Source: Balanoglossus misakiensis (Eukaryota > Animalia > Hemichordata). Taken from it: a stretch of DNA of 64,000 bases. The translations under genes were made by a program, and so were the position numbers. The notes under the pieces are model-generated. The model did not search any database. It was not told the origin of the DNA and saw only the letters and a list, made by a program, of their open reading frames with translations. Of the stretch, positions 1-13,074 are shown piece by piece. The first letter of the stretch is position 1. Each line of letters opens with the position of its first letter. The stretch is taken from contig CM082583.2 in assembly GCA_040954595.2 (NCBI GenBank), positions 7,128,849-7,192,848 on the forward strand, written 5' to 3'.

Positions 1-1895
1 GATTAATTTGGTATATTGGCTTTAAAGTCCACCCTCTTAATCTCGTTTCGGGTGTTATTTTGCTGGAAGCCATCTTCTGCGGAGAAAATTACCGTTATTT
101 TGATTCTTAACGGGCGGGTAACGAGGATTGCAGCGGGCGTAATGCGCTGCACGGGCAGACGACGAGAGCAAATCCCGCCACGATTCCCATTATTAACGCA
201 GAGAGCATAGAAAAGAAAATCACGCGAAATGGAAAGTTTTCACCGGCTAAAATTACCTGAAAGGGTAATTTTCTCCCTAACGAGCGCGTGGTGAGCGTTT
301 ACCTCAACGTTCAATATAACACTAGCCGTCATCAGAAGTTTCTTTTCGCGGCGTACACAACGTGTAATGACAACGCCTGAAAATGACAAACGCCCTGTCC
401 TTATCGGCGGCTATTTACTCCTGTTTCAATATGATACGTTTCAGCTTCGCCCTTTCAAGAGAAAATCACCAAAATCACCAGCGAATTTTCAAATAGCTCT
501 TCGTTTGTTGACAAAGACGATGCATCTTTATCGGCAATACACACTTCGCATCCCTTTGTCATCTTTTTTGTGCAAATTGCTAAAATTTCACGCCAGGATT
601 AAAAGATGATAAGCAATTTCAATGAGATGAAAATGGGCTTTTTTTAAGAAAGTCTTTCCCAAAGGTCTTTATAATAGTAAAATTACCCTTACTGAGCGTT
701 TTAATGAGCTCCACGCTAGTATAAAAAGGGTCAACACAAAAGTATTACGATTACTCAATATTTCCAGTGGGCCAATAATGACTACTCTATATCATTGTCA
801 TTAAATTAATTTCTAGAAAAATGCTCAGCCATTTACATGTATTTTGCAACAAATTAGTCATAATTCAACGTTTCCAAAGCAATAAGAAATCACGAGCATC
901 ATGGGTAATGACTACACTTCCGGCCTGATGTGTTGCCAAAACGCACAGCCTATGTCAAGTTGTAGTGTGGGGGAACCTGGTTGGCGTTATACGCGTCCGC
1001 GTCTATTTCTGTAGCCTTCACAGGAGATATATGTTGGCTTGATTCTGCGTGTTCGTGTTAAGGTGCCGCGAAAACGAAAAGATGGCATGGTTTCTTTTTT
1101 GCATCCATCTCCGACTGACTGTACTTGCACTTTCGGTGCTCGCTCAATGGGTAATTGCCTGCAAATTGCAGCTCATTTGATGCACTAAAGATAGCCAAAG
1201 TAGACGGTATTCTGTAAGTAAATCATAGGGAAATCCCTTAAACCCATGTATTAAACTGTGCAAACCCCGCCTACATTGCTTACCGACCGACCGGCCATCG
1301 TCCCTGGGGAGTTTTTGACACGGATCTCTTCTGCGCATTCTCGCCTCCTTGCGAGGCTCGGGGCTGTCAATTCTCCACGTTGACCGAGCTGCCGTGGTGA
1401 CCTCTGAACTTTGACATCACTCAAGGTGCTCAGGGACTCATTGTGGAACTTGACAATCCGGGTGATAATGCCTTGATTGTACTGCAATCCCAATTGATAT
1501 CAAGCTGCTTGTCGAGATAGATCACATCGAAAGCAACTTAAAAGAAAAGAAAAAAGCACAGATTTTAAAAATACATTTCATTCACACTTTTATATTTCTT
1601 CTTCCCCGAGAAAACTTTAAAACTAACAAAGAACGCCTTCATTTGTCATTTTACAATATTTTCATTTTCGCATAACAGCTCGTTTCTGACAATCAAGACG
1701 GCTGCCAAACTCACGTCGTGACAATGGTCCGAGATTGGCGAGAAGGAGAAAATAATCAAGCATTAGTTTCGCTAGTAACAGAAAGGTTAAGATTCCCATT
1801 TAATATGGGAGTAAAACGGTTCAGCATGTTCAGAGGAATTGTTTTAATAATTTAGTTTTCCTATGATCACACTGATGTATTAATGGCCATCTCCC

Positions 1896-1929
1896 CTGTC
1901 TGTCTGTATGTCCGTCTGTCTGTCTGTCT
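1896..1929. repeat. Imperfect (CTGT)n microsatellite
   Basis: ctgtctgtctgtatgtccgtctgtctgtctgtct. Confidence 0.8.
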
Positions 1930-4900
1930 TCCAACCATCTAATTATCATTCTCAAACCAAATCTTAAAATAAAGGCATTTGAATAACTTGGAATTAAAAT
2001 TGATATTTGTACAGATTGATTGTCAATTTAATTGTTTAGTTAAATGGATTCATTGAGCGATTTAACCCACAGCCAAATTTGAGGAATTAATAGACGCATT
2101 AGGAGGGAGAATCCGATTTAAACTTAGATATTGTTTGACACATTCATCAAAAACACATAATGTCGGCAACACGATGTCTACAATTGCAAACAAAAAACTG
2201 ACTTAGATACCTCGAAGGAATGGCGATTTTATTTAACCCATATCAATTAGTATCATGTACTTTAACACGTTTAAATGAACGAGACGTTTGTGTGTTCTTC
2301 CGTTGGCCTCGAGGAGTAGTGGAGAATTAACGGCGGGATTTAGTCAAAGGACGTCATTTGTTTCGAAATGCACGTACACGACACTCAGTTTTGCTTGACA
2401 AGAAAGGCGGGAACAACGAGGCGATAGTTAACAATAAACGATAATGTTTTGAATATTAGTCAATCGAAACTAAAGACACCTACGTTTTTGAATACTGTAA
2501 AAGCTTATCACTTTCATTGGTAATTCGTTTTTTATATTTACGCCTCCTTTATTGAGATACTTCGTCAGTACTTTGAACAAACGGAGAAGGCTTTGATTTT
2601 GCTTTTGTTTGTTGTTGTCGTTGTTCAGTATTTTGTTTTGCACTCGGAATAATCCATTTTTGTTCGTGTTTTGGACTGCAACACAGGGAACTCAGGTCAA
2701 GGTGATGATGCGAGTTGAGAGATGTCTATTCTTGCCCGCTCGATGCTGAAGTGTAAGGCAAGAACCCCAACCAGTAAAACAGAGAATCAGCTTTTTCTAT
2801 CACTCATTTCATTAAAAAAATAGATGCGGCGAGTAATAGTCAGTGTTTCTTCGGTATGCCACAAAGAAAATATTTGAGAAAATCATATCCCACCTCAGCC
2901 GACAACAAAACCGCCTAACGGAACTCCCTGCTGATTGGCTAACTCGGTTTCCTGAACGATAAATACTTTTGGTCAGTGTACTGATGAAGCTGCCCCTGTT
3001 TCAGCAAAACAAATTAGTCGGGGCGGGTTTTGCTTTTCATGAGTGGGTCAGCGCATGCGCAAATCGGGGTGCGAGAAATGGCGAGGGAGGGGGGGGGGAT
3101 ATACAGATCTTCAGACTTGGACATTTGGGTTACAATCCGGTCTGTAACTTGTAAGTTGTTGTCGGGAAGTGCTGGAGGGCAGCCAGGTAAATCGAGCACA
3201 CTTTCACAAATTACCTTTGCCAACGTGGTCTGAATGGCGACAATGGCCAACAGTGTATTTTTTTACTCCCTGATTAAATTGTTGATAAATGTGTTGGTGT
3301 AATGAGATGAATGGAGTCGTGTATCATGCTGAATTGTTTAAATGGACGTTTCTATAAGATAAATCGTTGCAGACAGTAGCGGCGCATTAACTGATGAAAG
3401 CGACAAAGTATCGCTCGCTGTCGGGCGCTTTCGCTCGCATGCTGCTTTCCCATTCACCGTCACGACAGGGTAAAATTTCTTTCCCCCCGGCACCAATAAA
3501 GCGATTTCATTATGCCATCTTTTGTGCACCAAATCATTACACAGCTCATCCATAGCAGTGTCAGTTACACGCGCACAAAGTGAAATGGACAAGTCGATGG
3601 ACAAAAGTCACCGTGTCACAGCGGTGACAACTTCTCGGAACGGTGTCCTCGAGTTGTGCGCGCGGTCGACAGCCATCGCTAGCAATTTGTATGTGGTCCC
3701 ACACAGCACAATATCTGACTTGTCTCATCGATGGATGAGAGAATTCAAGCAATATCAGAAAAAATCTGCTCAATCGTATTTGACAAACACGTCCGTTCGT
3801 CCTGCGATTGATTCTTTCCCAGTTTCCGACGGGATAATCATATTATAGGCCGCACATTTCGTCTGGCGGAATTTGTTGAAATTTAAGTCTATCAGTAGTC
3901 AAAATTAAAAAAAGCAGATATTCAGGCCACAATCAAAATAATTTAAGTGCGGAAAGCCTACTTCAAAAGGCCTTTTGTTCTTGAAAGTAGTCAGTTATAT
4001 CTGGGCTTGCTGAAATGTCTTTAATCTGATAAATTAGCCTTACGAATGGCACACGATCGAGATGAGAGGACGGGAAATCCACTTGTCGTCGAAAACGCGG
4101 CGCCGAGTAAACAATATGTTGATGGAGGTTCGATTTGAAACGCGAAGCAAACAAGTGGTCGCACAACTTGTCTGGGGACCATTTCACGTTTGACGCTTGT
4201 TGTGTAGAACAAGCTTCAACTTGAATATATTTGCGGAAATCAATCAATGCATGAAGCGCTAGTCAACATTTTCCATCGCAAAATAATTAACAATTTATTT
4301 GGCCGTATTTTTTCAAAGTCAATTAAACAAATGTACCTTTGGGAATAGACAACCGATGTCCGCCATGAAGCTGACTTGTGGGTTTTGGTGAGAGAACAAT
4401 AAGAGATCTGGGCACTGGTGGATGTAGTACACCAAAGAGCGAAGTCGTCTTTAGAATCTGGAAATTTCAACGCACAAAATTTTACATGTATACTTGTTTT
4501 CCTTTTTAATTTTAGCTTGAAGTTAGCAGACTATAATTTTGGCGGGGAAATACGGATGAAAGTGTTAGGTGACGCACCAATACCGGCATGTGTATGTACT
4601 TACTGTCAGGGAAAGTCTTTTAAATTCTCCACGACAACTATGGGGATAACCTGAACTGACAGAAATTGTATGATTTGACAACATTTCCCGCCAAAATACC
4701 TACTACACATTTGACCGAAAATGTAAAAAATATTGACGTAACGCTACTTCGAAATGCGGGAAATTATATTACAGATATGACAGTCATCAAATCTGAGTAA
4801 AATCCATGTAAACACTTTTTATCACAATTTACATGTTATTTACGGGGACTCTACTTGATCCTTGGTTGTCATTTGGAAGAAATTGCAAGTCCGTGTTTTT

Positions 4901-5209
4901 TTTTTCAAGTAGGACTTTTAGGTAGAGTAGAGTAAGATCAATGTTCGTTTGATTTGTTCTCTTGTAGCGTTATTTTGAAAACTTTGAGTAAAGTACAAAT
5001 TAATTGCCTCTGACATTTTCAAATGTTATTCTTTGGATTATAAGAGAATTCTAGTTTGCGTCATTGTTCGAAACGTGTACTCTACGAAAGTGCAGACTGC
5101 GCTGTGTTGTGTTGTGTAGAGTATGCGGTTAAATCAAAATACGTTGCGTTGACTTTGATTATACGCTTACTTTTCTGCAGAAACGTCTGTCAAGATACAC
5201 ATCCCCCTT

Positions 5210-5279
5210 TGTACTGTACTGTACTGTACTGTAGTGTACAGTACTGTACTGTACTGTACTGTACTGTATTGTACTGTAC
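5210..5279. repeat. (TGTAC)n pentanucleotide microsatellite, ~14 units, imperfect
   Basis: Directly visible; produces spurious YCTVL/YSTVQ ORFs. Confidence 0.95.
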
Positions 5280-8200
5280 AAAGCAGCATTAGAGGAGAGT
5301 TTTTGGTCGTTAAGAATATTTTTTTCTGATTTTGAAAACTCGCTGTATTTTAGTACGCACACGCGCGCGACAAGCATTGATTGACTCAGTGACGCAACCA
5401 CACACATGGTCACCTTTGTATTGCGCCGTCTCGAGTAACCGCCTCAGCAAATGGAATCTGACTTATCTGGCACACGTGAACGTTTCCCGCGGGAGACGGC
5501 TTGATCAATAACGAGCCCTGCCACTGATTATTAGCAACCCATTTATCCATTAAAACATAATCAAATTACGATATAAATATGTAATACAGAAAGGCCAGAT
5601 CACCCGTCACCGCGTCTGGGGGACGTTTACAACCACCGACGGACCGCTTTACAGACTTGACACACACCGGCCGAAACCGCGGAGGCTTTGCTGATGTATA
5701 TTAACTGCATTTTCTACAAACTAATTAGATTTTCGGAACATCTTGGCTATTATCTATTAGTCTAACACATCAACTAACCCAATAAAATTCCAAATTGAAT
5801 GTCTGTACCGGCTATCATGAGGATTTATGTTCAACAAAAACGGCGGTTTAGCCTGATTGCGCTCAGCCAATTCACAATGGGACAGACGAGCAACATGAAC
5901 TCCTCTCGTGTGCTGTCACTAGCCTCGGTTTTGATTAAAAGCTCAAGTAATTGAGTTTTTGTTGGCAAACTGAATAAATCTTGTCTAAAAACAATTAAGG
6001 GCGACTTTTTGTCACCGAATTATCCTATCCTTCACGTTACCGTCATCTGCGCGACTTGAATTTTGTTCCTATAGCTACTAGCAGACGTCAAGTGTGGAGT
6101 GAGCTGGCTCCGTCAAGCAGCAATCCCCGCTTCTAGTTTCCGGGTTGACTAATCCTTTTAGGAAACCGACGTACTGGTTCGCGCGCTGTAAACACACTTT
6201 CGACCACAGCCACGAACATTTTGCCGGCTAGAAGCTACTCTTCCTTATTGTACGATGCACATGCAAAATACTGCCAATAATTTGAGGCTGTATCAAAATG
6301 TATAGTAACAAAAATTGTCAATATGATCATATCATTTTAAAACTCAGAGCCCCTAATTACCAGAACACTTTACTTGGCCAAACTGTGTGGACCAATACTA
6401 CATACATCCAGTATCACCTTAGTTTTAGCACTGTGTTTGTCTATATACACAAAACTGAATACTTGCGTAGGCAGTCTACTGCATATGATACATGCAATAT
6501 ATGAATATATTGACGATATTCGGAAAATACATGCCAGTGGCCACTGTTACGTTTTTTTTCTCCTAAGATAAGTCCAGCTGTTTCACAATAGTGCACATTA
6601 AAAAGACCATCCTGCTAACATTTTTCTAAGGCAATCTATTTTTTGGATTACTAGTAAGTACATTTGGTGTGCAACTAAAATTCTGGCCTTCACGTAAATG
6701 CTGACCACTGCCAATATTACATTTAATTCTTTTATGCTGGATTTTGTTGTTATTTTATTTTCCGCCACTGAAATTATTTTTCGCTGATTGTACAAATCTG
6801 TTTATACGCATTTTCCTATTTTTGGATTGTGTCGGTCTATACATGTTTGTATTTTCAGCGGGAATCTGGGATTCGGTAGTCACAATCCGATGTGTATGAA
6901 AGTATTACAAATGTACCAAAATTCTTATTAAAATCCATTGCATTTTTACGCCCTTGACTTGAGCACCCTGTGTACAATTTCAGACGTGCCACGGATTTCA
7001 TCATGTCTCAGGTGAAAACGTCTTTACTGGGACGTGATTTTTAGTTTTAAGGTCTACTGCCTCAATATGGAAGGCATTCTGACACCGACAAGCCCTCTCC
7101 CGCGAATCGCAGTTTTGCGAAATATGAAGTGTATGCAAATTGTTGTCAACGTGAATCCACGAGACAGGCGCCATGAGCACGGTTAGCCTGAACGTGCGCA
7201 GACACGCACGGCAATAAATTTGACACTGACTGGAGATTTTACATCGCAGGGCATCCATCACTGAACTTAATAATTGTCAAAAATTGAGTCCCTTTCAACT
7301 CGCAATTGCTGTCACCGGTGTGTGTTTAGTTTTTTCGTTTACAGAAATCGACAATATGGTGGGCGGATGGTCGCCATAAATTACCCTGACAAGATACGAC
7401 TTGCTAAGTAAAGATTGAGCCCAATGTCAAAATATCTTAATTAATTTGCATATTAGCAATCAATCCCTTTGTACGGTCGGAGATCATATTTCTAAAATAT
7501 AAAGCCTTAATCCACCTAGCCACATAAAACTACAATAATATTTTTGACTTTACTTTTTATCATTTGATTTTCCTGGTCGTGGACTAATTTTCGCAGTTTA
7601 ACTTGATCTCGGCTCGCCGTGTAAATCTTGTTCGAATGACTAGATTCATGAAGTACTGACGGGGGTGGGTGGGACAGGGTTCTAAATGTTGGCCAAACAC
7701 TAAACCTCAGCTCATCCGTCTCATCGCCTTCGCCAATCTCTGACTAGTGATACTACACGAAATCGTTATTATTCCCCACTCAACAGGATTTTTTTAAATC
7801 AGGCCGATTTTGATATTTTTAAGTTTATGCTAATATTTTGTCTACACTTACTTTCTCTCCATGATCTTTTCCTGGTACAGGATTCTGAAAATTTCTGTAA
7901 GTCATAATATTCCTGGAAAAAGGAAAAAAAAGAACACTTGCTATATTACATTACGGCGGGATGACAACAGACGTATTCACCATCATTTGGAACGAGAAAG
8001 ATTTATACGGGAATCATTGAAATGCAAGAAATCCAATATTCCCTATTTATTTCCCAGTCGGTAATAAAATGGAAAAAAGGGGGATCATTTTCTTGATCGG
8101 ATGGTCTCTGACAGCGAAGAGCACAGTAATTTTCCACTTTCGATGAAAACACGCAGCTGGAAAGGGCGTCGTTGGCCAAGACGAGATAAAAGTACCAACG

Positions 8201-10706
8201 ATTTGTTTTGGTGATCGTATGGTATCTAACAGTGACAAGACCGCTAACGCCATCTTAATGGCAGTTAACAATGCGAGTACGGTGCGAACAGATTACAAAT
8301 TAGCCCGAATCAAACTTACTTAATGCCTAGTAAAAGCTATTTAGACCCAGCATTTATCAATTTGTACATTTAATGAAACTTGGCTCGCCCGCTGCGAGAC
8401 GTTATAAAGGCCCCATCATTTTAAATTCAATAACTGTGAAACGTGTACAGCCCTCTTGTGGTCGTCGCAGCACCGAACCCCCTAGCCGCTCCGAAACAAC
8501 TTGGAAGCCGGAATTCAAACTTGTCGGCAGATTTGAAAAGTGATGGCAGGTCGCGTGTGGAAGACGAGAGCTAAGCGAGCAACATATTTTCACCGATGTA
8601 AATAACCTTCGCCAACCTCGATTTTCTTCGCAACAAAAACCAACACGTATATACGTGTTGATCAAATTGAATGGTGGGAATACACGCAAGCTGCGTGGAT
8701 GGGAAAGACCCGGGTCAAAAAGTACCCAGGAGATGCATCTCTCAAGCTTCAAACAAATGGAAAAATCAAAACATTACAACTATAATTGAGTGAAGAGCTG
8801 AAATATTCAAATCACAGACGTACAAAAATAATTTTCAGAAAAAATGACGGTGTCTTGACACGCTCGATTGAATGAACCTGTTCATTCATTTTTGGTCTCA
8901 TTCTGGCGTTCCATCCATACGTGTACCTTTCATCACAACACTACGTTCGAACAGCACTGATCATGTGAAGACTCGCTTCTTACTGTGCATTTAATTATTT
9001 TCGTTTTTTTCTCAACAATTTAGTGATAGTAAATGTGTTTGCCATAGTTCTATTCATGAAAATACGCGAAAATAGCGTTTTTAGATTAATGCTGTTTTTT
9101 ATCATTCGACGTATCTCTGAAATGTGGATGTACATGTATACGCGATTCACATGTTCCTCCCCCAGAATCCATCGTTGACGACTTAGTCCCCGCTTGTGAT
9201 AAGGTTGTTGCTTTGAATTCAGTGATTATGTACAATGCAGGCTTGTACGGATAGGCAGAGCTCAATCTCAAAGTGGGTCTCGTCCGCAGGGAGACAGGGG
9301 CATTGTTCAACACAAAGATACCGTGACCGCGCGTGCTGGCGTACTGAGAAGACATTTTCAGTTTGACTTTAAACATCATCCGAGCTACTCGCCTATTGTC
9401 AAGTTATACATGTGTACATCCACAGAAGTCAGAATTCGTGATGATTTTAAGCAATTCGAAGAAAACCTGAGTAAAAATGTTTACATTTCCTTTAGCAAAC
9501 ATGTAATATTATTTGCGCCGCAATTTCAACGAAGTTCAACCGAACATTGCCGATTCTTTAATTCCGATTGGACAAAACCGGTATCTAATCTCTCACACGG
9601 CCGTGATAACTTGATCTGACTGGCCAAATTGCGTTTTTCTTTTGGGCTGTCGATTACAGATTTCTCAACTAGGCGATTTAATTCCAAGGTCGGGATGGTG
9701 AAAATGTCACGATCTACTTAAACCGTTAGGTCAGACAACGAGTCATCAGTGGCGAGTACAGATTGAAAACACTACTAACTTGGGAAGAGCAAACGGCATG
9801 ACACAAACGGAGGGTTCTACCCCAACAATATTTTGATTGCCAACATAGCCTTTTTATGTGTAACTATCTGTATTGTTATTGACAAATGAATTCACAAGGC
9901 AAAATTAAATGATTTTTGAGTTGGATTTTTATCGTGATCCTTATCTTGTGATTAACAAACTTTTAACCAATCAATACAATAACAATATGCTAACCACCGT
10001 TGTGTATTGTCAGTGCACTTGACAAGTTGACTTTTTATTGTTTTAATCTTCTCAATCAAAGCCAGACCTTCTTGGCTCGAAAGTAATTGCGTTTACAAGT
10101 TCGACACAAACTTGTTTTCTCGGCCCCAGACTCAAGTTAAAAACCATCAAACCGCGCTTGCATGGCTCAGGTGATAAATTTCATTCTGCTAGGGGGTCTG
10201 GTCCCTGTTGACGTTTGCTCTCAACTCTTGGAAAATGATTGCATGGACAATTACCCGATATCAGCAGTGTACTGAAATAGATTGCCGTCGACTGCAAAAG
10301 GCAACCCCACCTCCCGGTGCGATATCTACATACACGTTACACGGTAATAGGTTTTCCGACATTAAAGAAAATGCCGAGTGTCTAAGGCAGGCGATTTATT
10401 TAGGAGGCAACTCGTAAGGAAATCTGTCATTTCCTTATCAAATGGGACGAAGTAACCGCCGATAATTGTGATTTAATATACGGGTAAATTTCCCACTCTG
10501 TAACCGCTCGGTATATATATTGTCTAGTATTTGTCAACAAGGTTTGCATGATGTCCCTTTTTGATTATTAAACTTTAACTTGCGACTGGCGAATCGTGAA
10601 AAACAAATTGTCCAGTGCAAGTGAACTGGATTGACTGTAAAAGATTAAGTTAAGTTTATCCAGAACTCAGCGCATGCAGGCAAGGCCTGGTTTAAGAGTT
10701 CCTTGC

Positions 10707-10824
10707 ACACTACACTACACTACACTACACTACACTACACTACACTACACTACACTACACTACACTACACTACACTACACTACAATACACTACACTACAC
10801 TACACTACACTACACTACACTACA
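10707..10824. repeat. (ACACT)n pentanucleotide microsatellite, ~23 units
   Basis: Directly visible with one variant unit; produces the spurious HYTTL ORF. Confidence 0.97.
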
Positions 10825-13052
10825 ATGTCTTAAATACGCGAAGTTCATTCAGATGGTTCAAGAATAAGTGTGGCACATAGCAGCATTTATGAGAGAAGCA
10901 AAGGTCTCATCAGTACAGTCAATTTAATTGATGCCAAGCAACTGCGTGATTGGTCCGCATTGCTAACGTTTCAAACCTAGGTCTACGATATATATGCATT
11001 TTAAGAGGTGATTTAAAGAGTTAATTTTCATAAGTAAAGTGAATAACAATTTCACCGCTTTGTTCGATTTTATGGACTTTGATATAAATCCCGTGACGTA
11101 TTTAATTGAAATTTTATCTTCTTAAACTGCTCTTATTTAATTTTTGACGATATGGGATGACTAGACATATGTTTTTGTTCATCCAGTTCCCACTAAATAA
11201 ATCGTTGATTATTTAAAACACACACAGATCTCTGGCGTCGTCTTCACATAAAATATCATCAAACATTTAATTTACCAGAATAGATGGGAATTTTTCGATG
11301 GTTGGATTATTTGAATTACAACTGAAATAAAAAAAATGCCCTTGTGCGATTTCTTACTTGCAGTTGAAAAGCAGAACCAAACTATACATAATCATAAAAC
11401 TCTCGCCACGGGTTACCAGAGTGCAACGTATCAAGTATATATCACCCATCAACAACCGTTTTCTCAAGAATTTTATAAAAGCTTGCTTCTTGGCCTTTTG
11501 CCCCCACAATCTCCTTAAGATGCGCTCATGATGGATCTGGAGATATAATTTTTGATATTAACGCGTGTAATGATCTCAGATCCTTGCTGTTTTGAAGGCG
11601 AAATGCAGCAAGCGGTCTCGTTTGGCGCGTTACGATGCTTGGAAATGAAACGGTAAAATAGTAGCTGGCGTCCCGTGGTTCCTGACATGGAATCGACCAC
11701 GCAACCCTATGAGCTCACTAATAATACTCAATAAACAGTCATAATTCAACGCTTGATGGGACTTACTTACACTAATTTCGCAGTCCCCGTGAAGTGATCG
11801 AAAGAAAATTAGATCACCGAAGTTGTCCTGCGCACGGCGATTAATATTGTTCTCGGCGGGGTGCATGAGCATCATGTCCGCCGTTACTGAAAGGATGAGA
11901 TCGATGGCTGTCTAGCTAACGCCAGTCAGAGATTAAAAAAACCGGTATTGCATTTTGATGTTGAAAAGGCGGGATCGGAGGTTAAAAATCGTTTACGGCA
12001 AACGGTATTTCCTGCCTCTGCGGTAGCTGCGTGCCTTTGGGGATCGCCAGCGCGAGTAACGGCCAGGAAAGCGATTTAGTCTCCACCATACCTGCAGCGG
12101 AAACTCTTTTACCGGTACATAGCCTTCCGAGTCCCTCATGCTGTTCAGCGCATAAAATCCAAGGCAAGAAAAGCTTTCCCGATCCGGAAATGCGAAAATA
12201 ACTTTTTGGCACATTTTTTCGGTGCTCGCTGAAGGCGACTCAGCAGCTAGTGTTGGCCGCGGCTGCGTCCAATTCCAAAAAAAGGAAATTACTCAAAAAG
12301 GATACCGCGGCGTATCGGAAGTAAAATCCCTCGTTTCTTAATATTTGTACTTCTGAAGATATCGCCCTCTTGCCTCAGGGTTCCGTGAACTCTACCATCG
12401 CCAAGTAGGAATTATAGGAGCATTTCGAAGCAAACTCTCGTCATTGTTTTAAAATCACTTAAAGCGCGTTTTATGTCCGCCAGAACTTGCATATGACGCT
12501 TAAGGCTGCTATAAAACGCGTCGCTGTCATCAATGGTATCCTACCAGCAGTTCATTAGTCCCTGTTTTTAGACGAGCCTCATCATATCATCGCCATTCAA
12601 AGATGCCCCATTTCAAAATGTAATATTACAAGCATCACAGGATGGAGGTTATATAAGCTATCTTCAATTAGGTAATTGTTTTTGAAACTTGCATTTTTTT
12701 CGAAGAACAAAAGAGCAATCCACTTCCGACCGGATAAGCAATTCTTGCTTAAACTATACACATGTATTTGTCTTGTTCGTGTTTACCTTAAGTTTTGTTT
12801 GTTATTATTTGTTTGGCAGAAATTTGTCTTTAATCCATTGGTCACTTCACAATTTTTACATAAACTGACCTCTCAATAAAGGCCACCTGACTAACAACAA
12901 TTTAGGAAAGTTCCTTGACTGGCCGCTGCAGACAGGTTTGACTAGCTTGTCACACACATACAAGAATAAACATATCTTTGCAATTAAATAGACGATAATT
13001 TTCTCCATAAATAATAATTCATTGCCTGCCGTTTTTCTTACGAAGTCTTTGT

Positions 13053-13074
13053 CCATGCCATGCCATGCCATGCC
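13053..13074. repeat. (CCATG)4 microsatellite
   Basis: Directly visible. Confidence 0.8.

Noticed and set aside
9086-9619. Overlapping 97-aa and 98-aa ORFs and a partly protein-like + frame
   Set aside because: No family recognised; the alternative frame has several stops.
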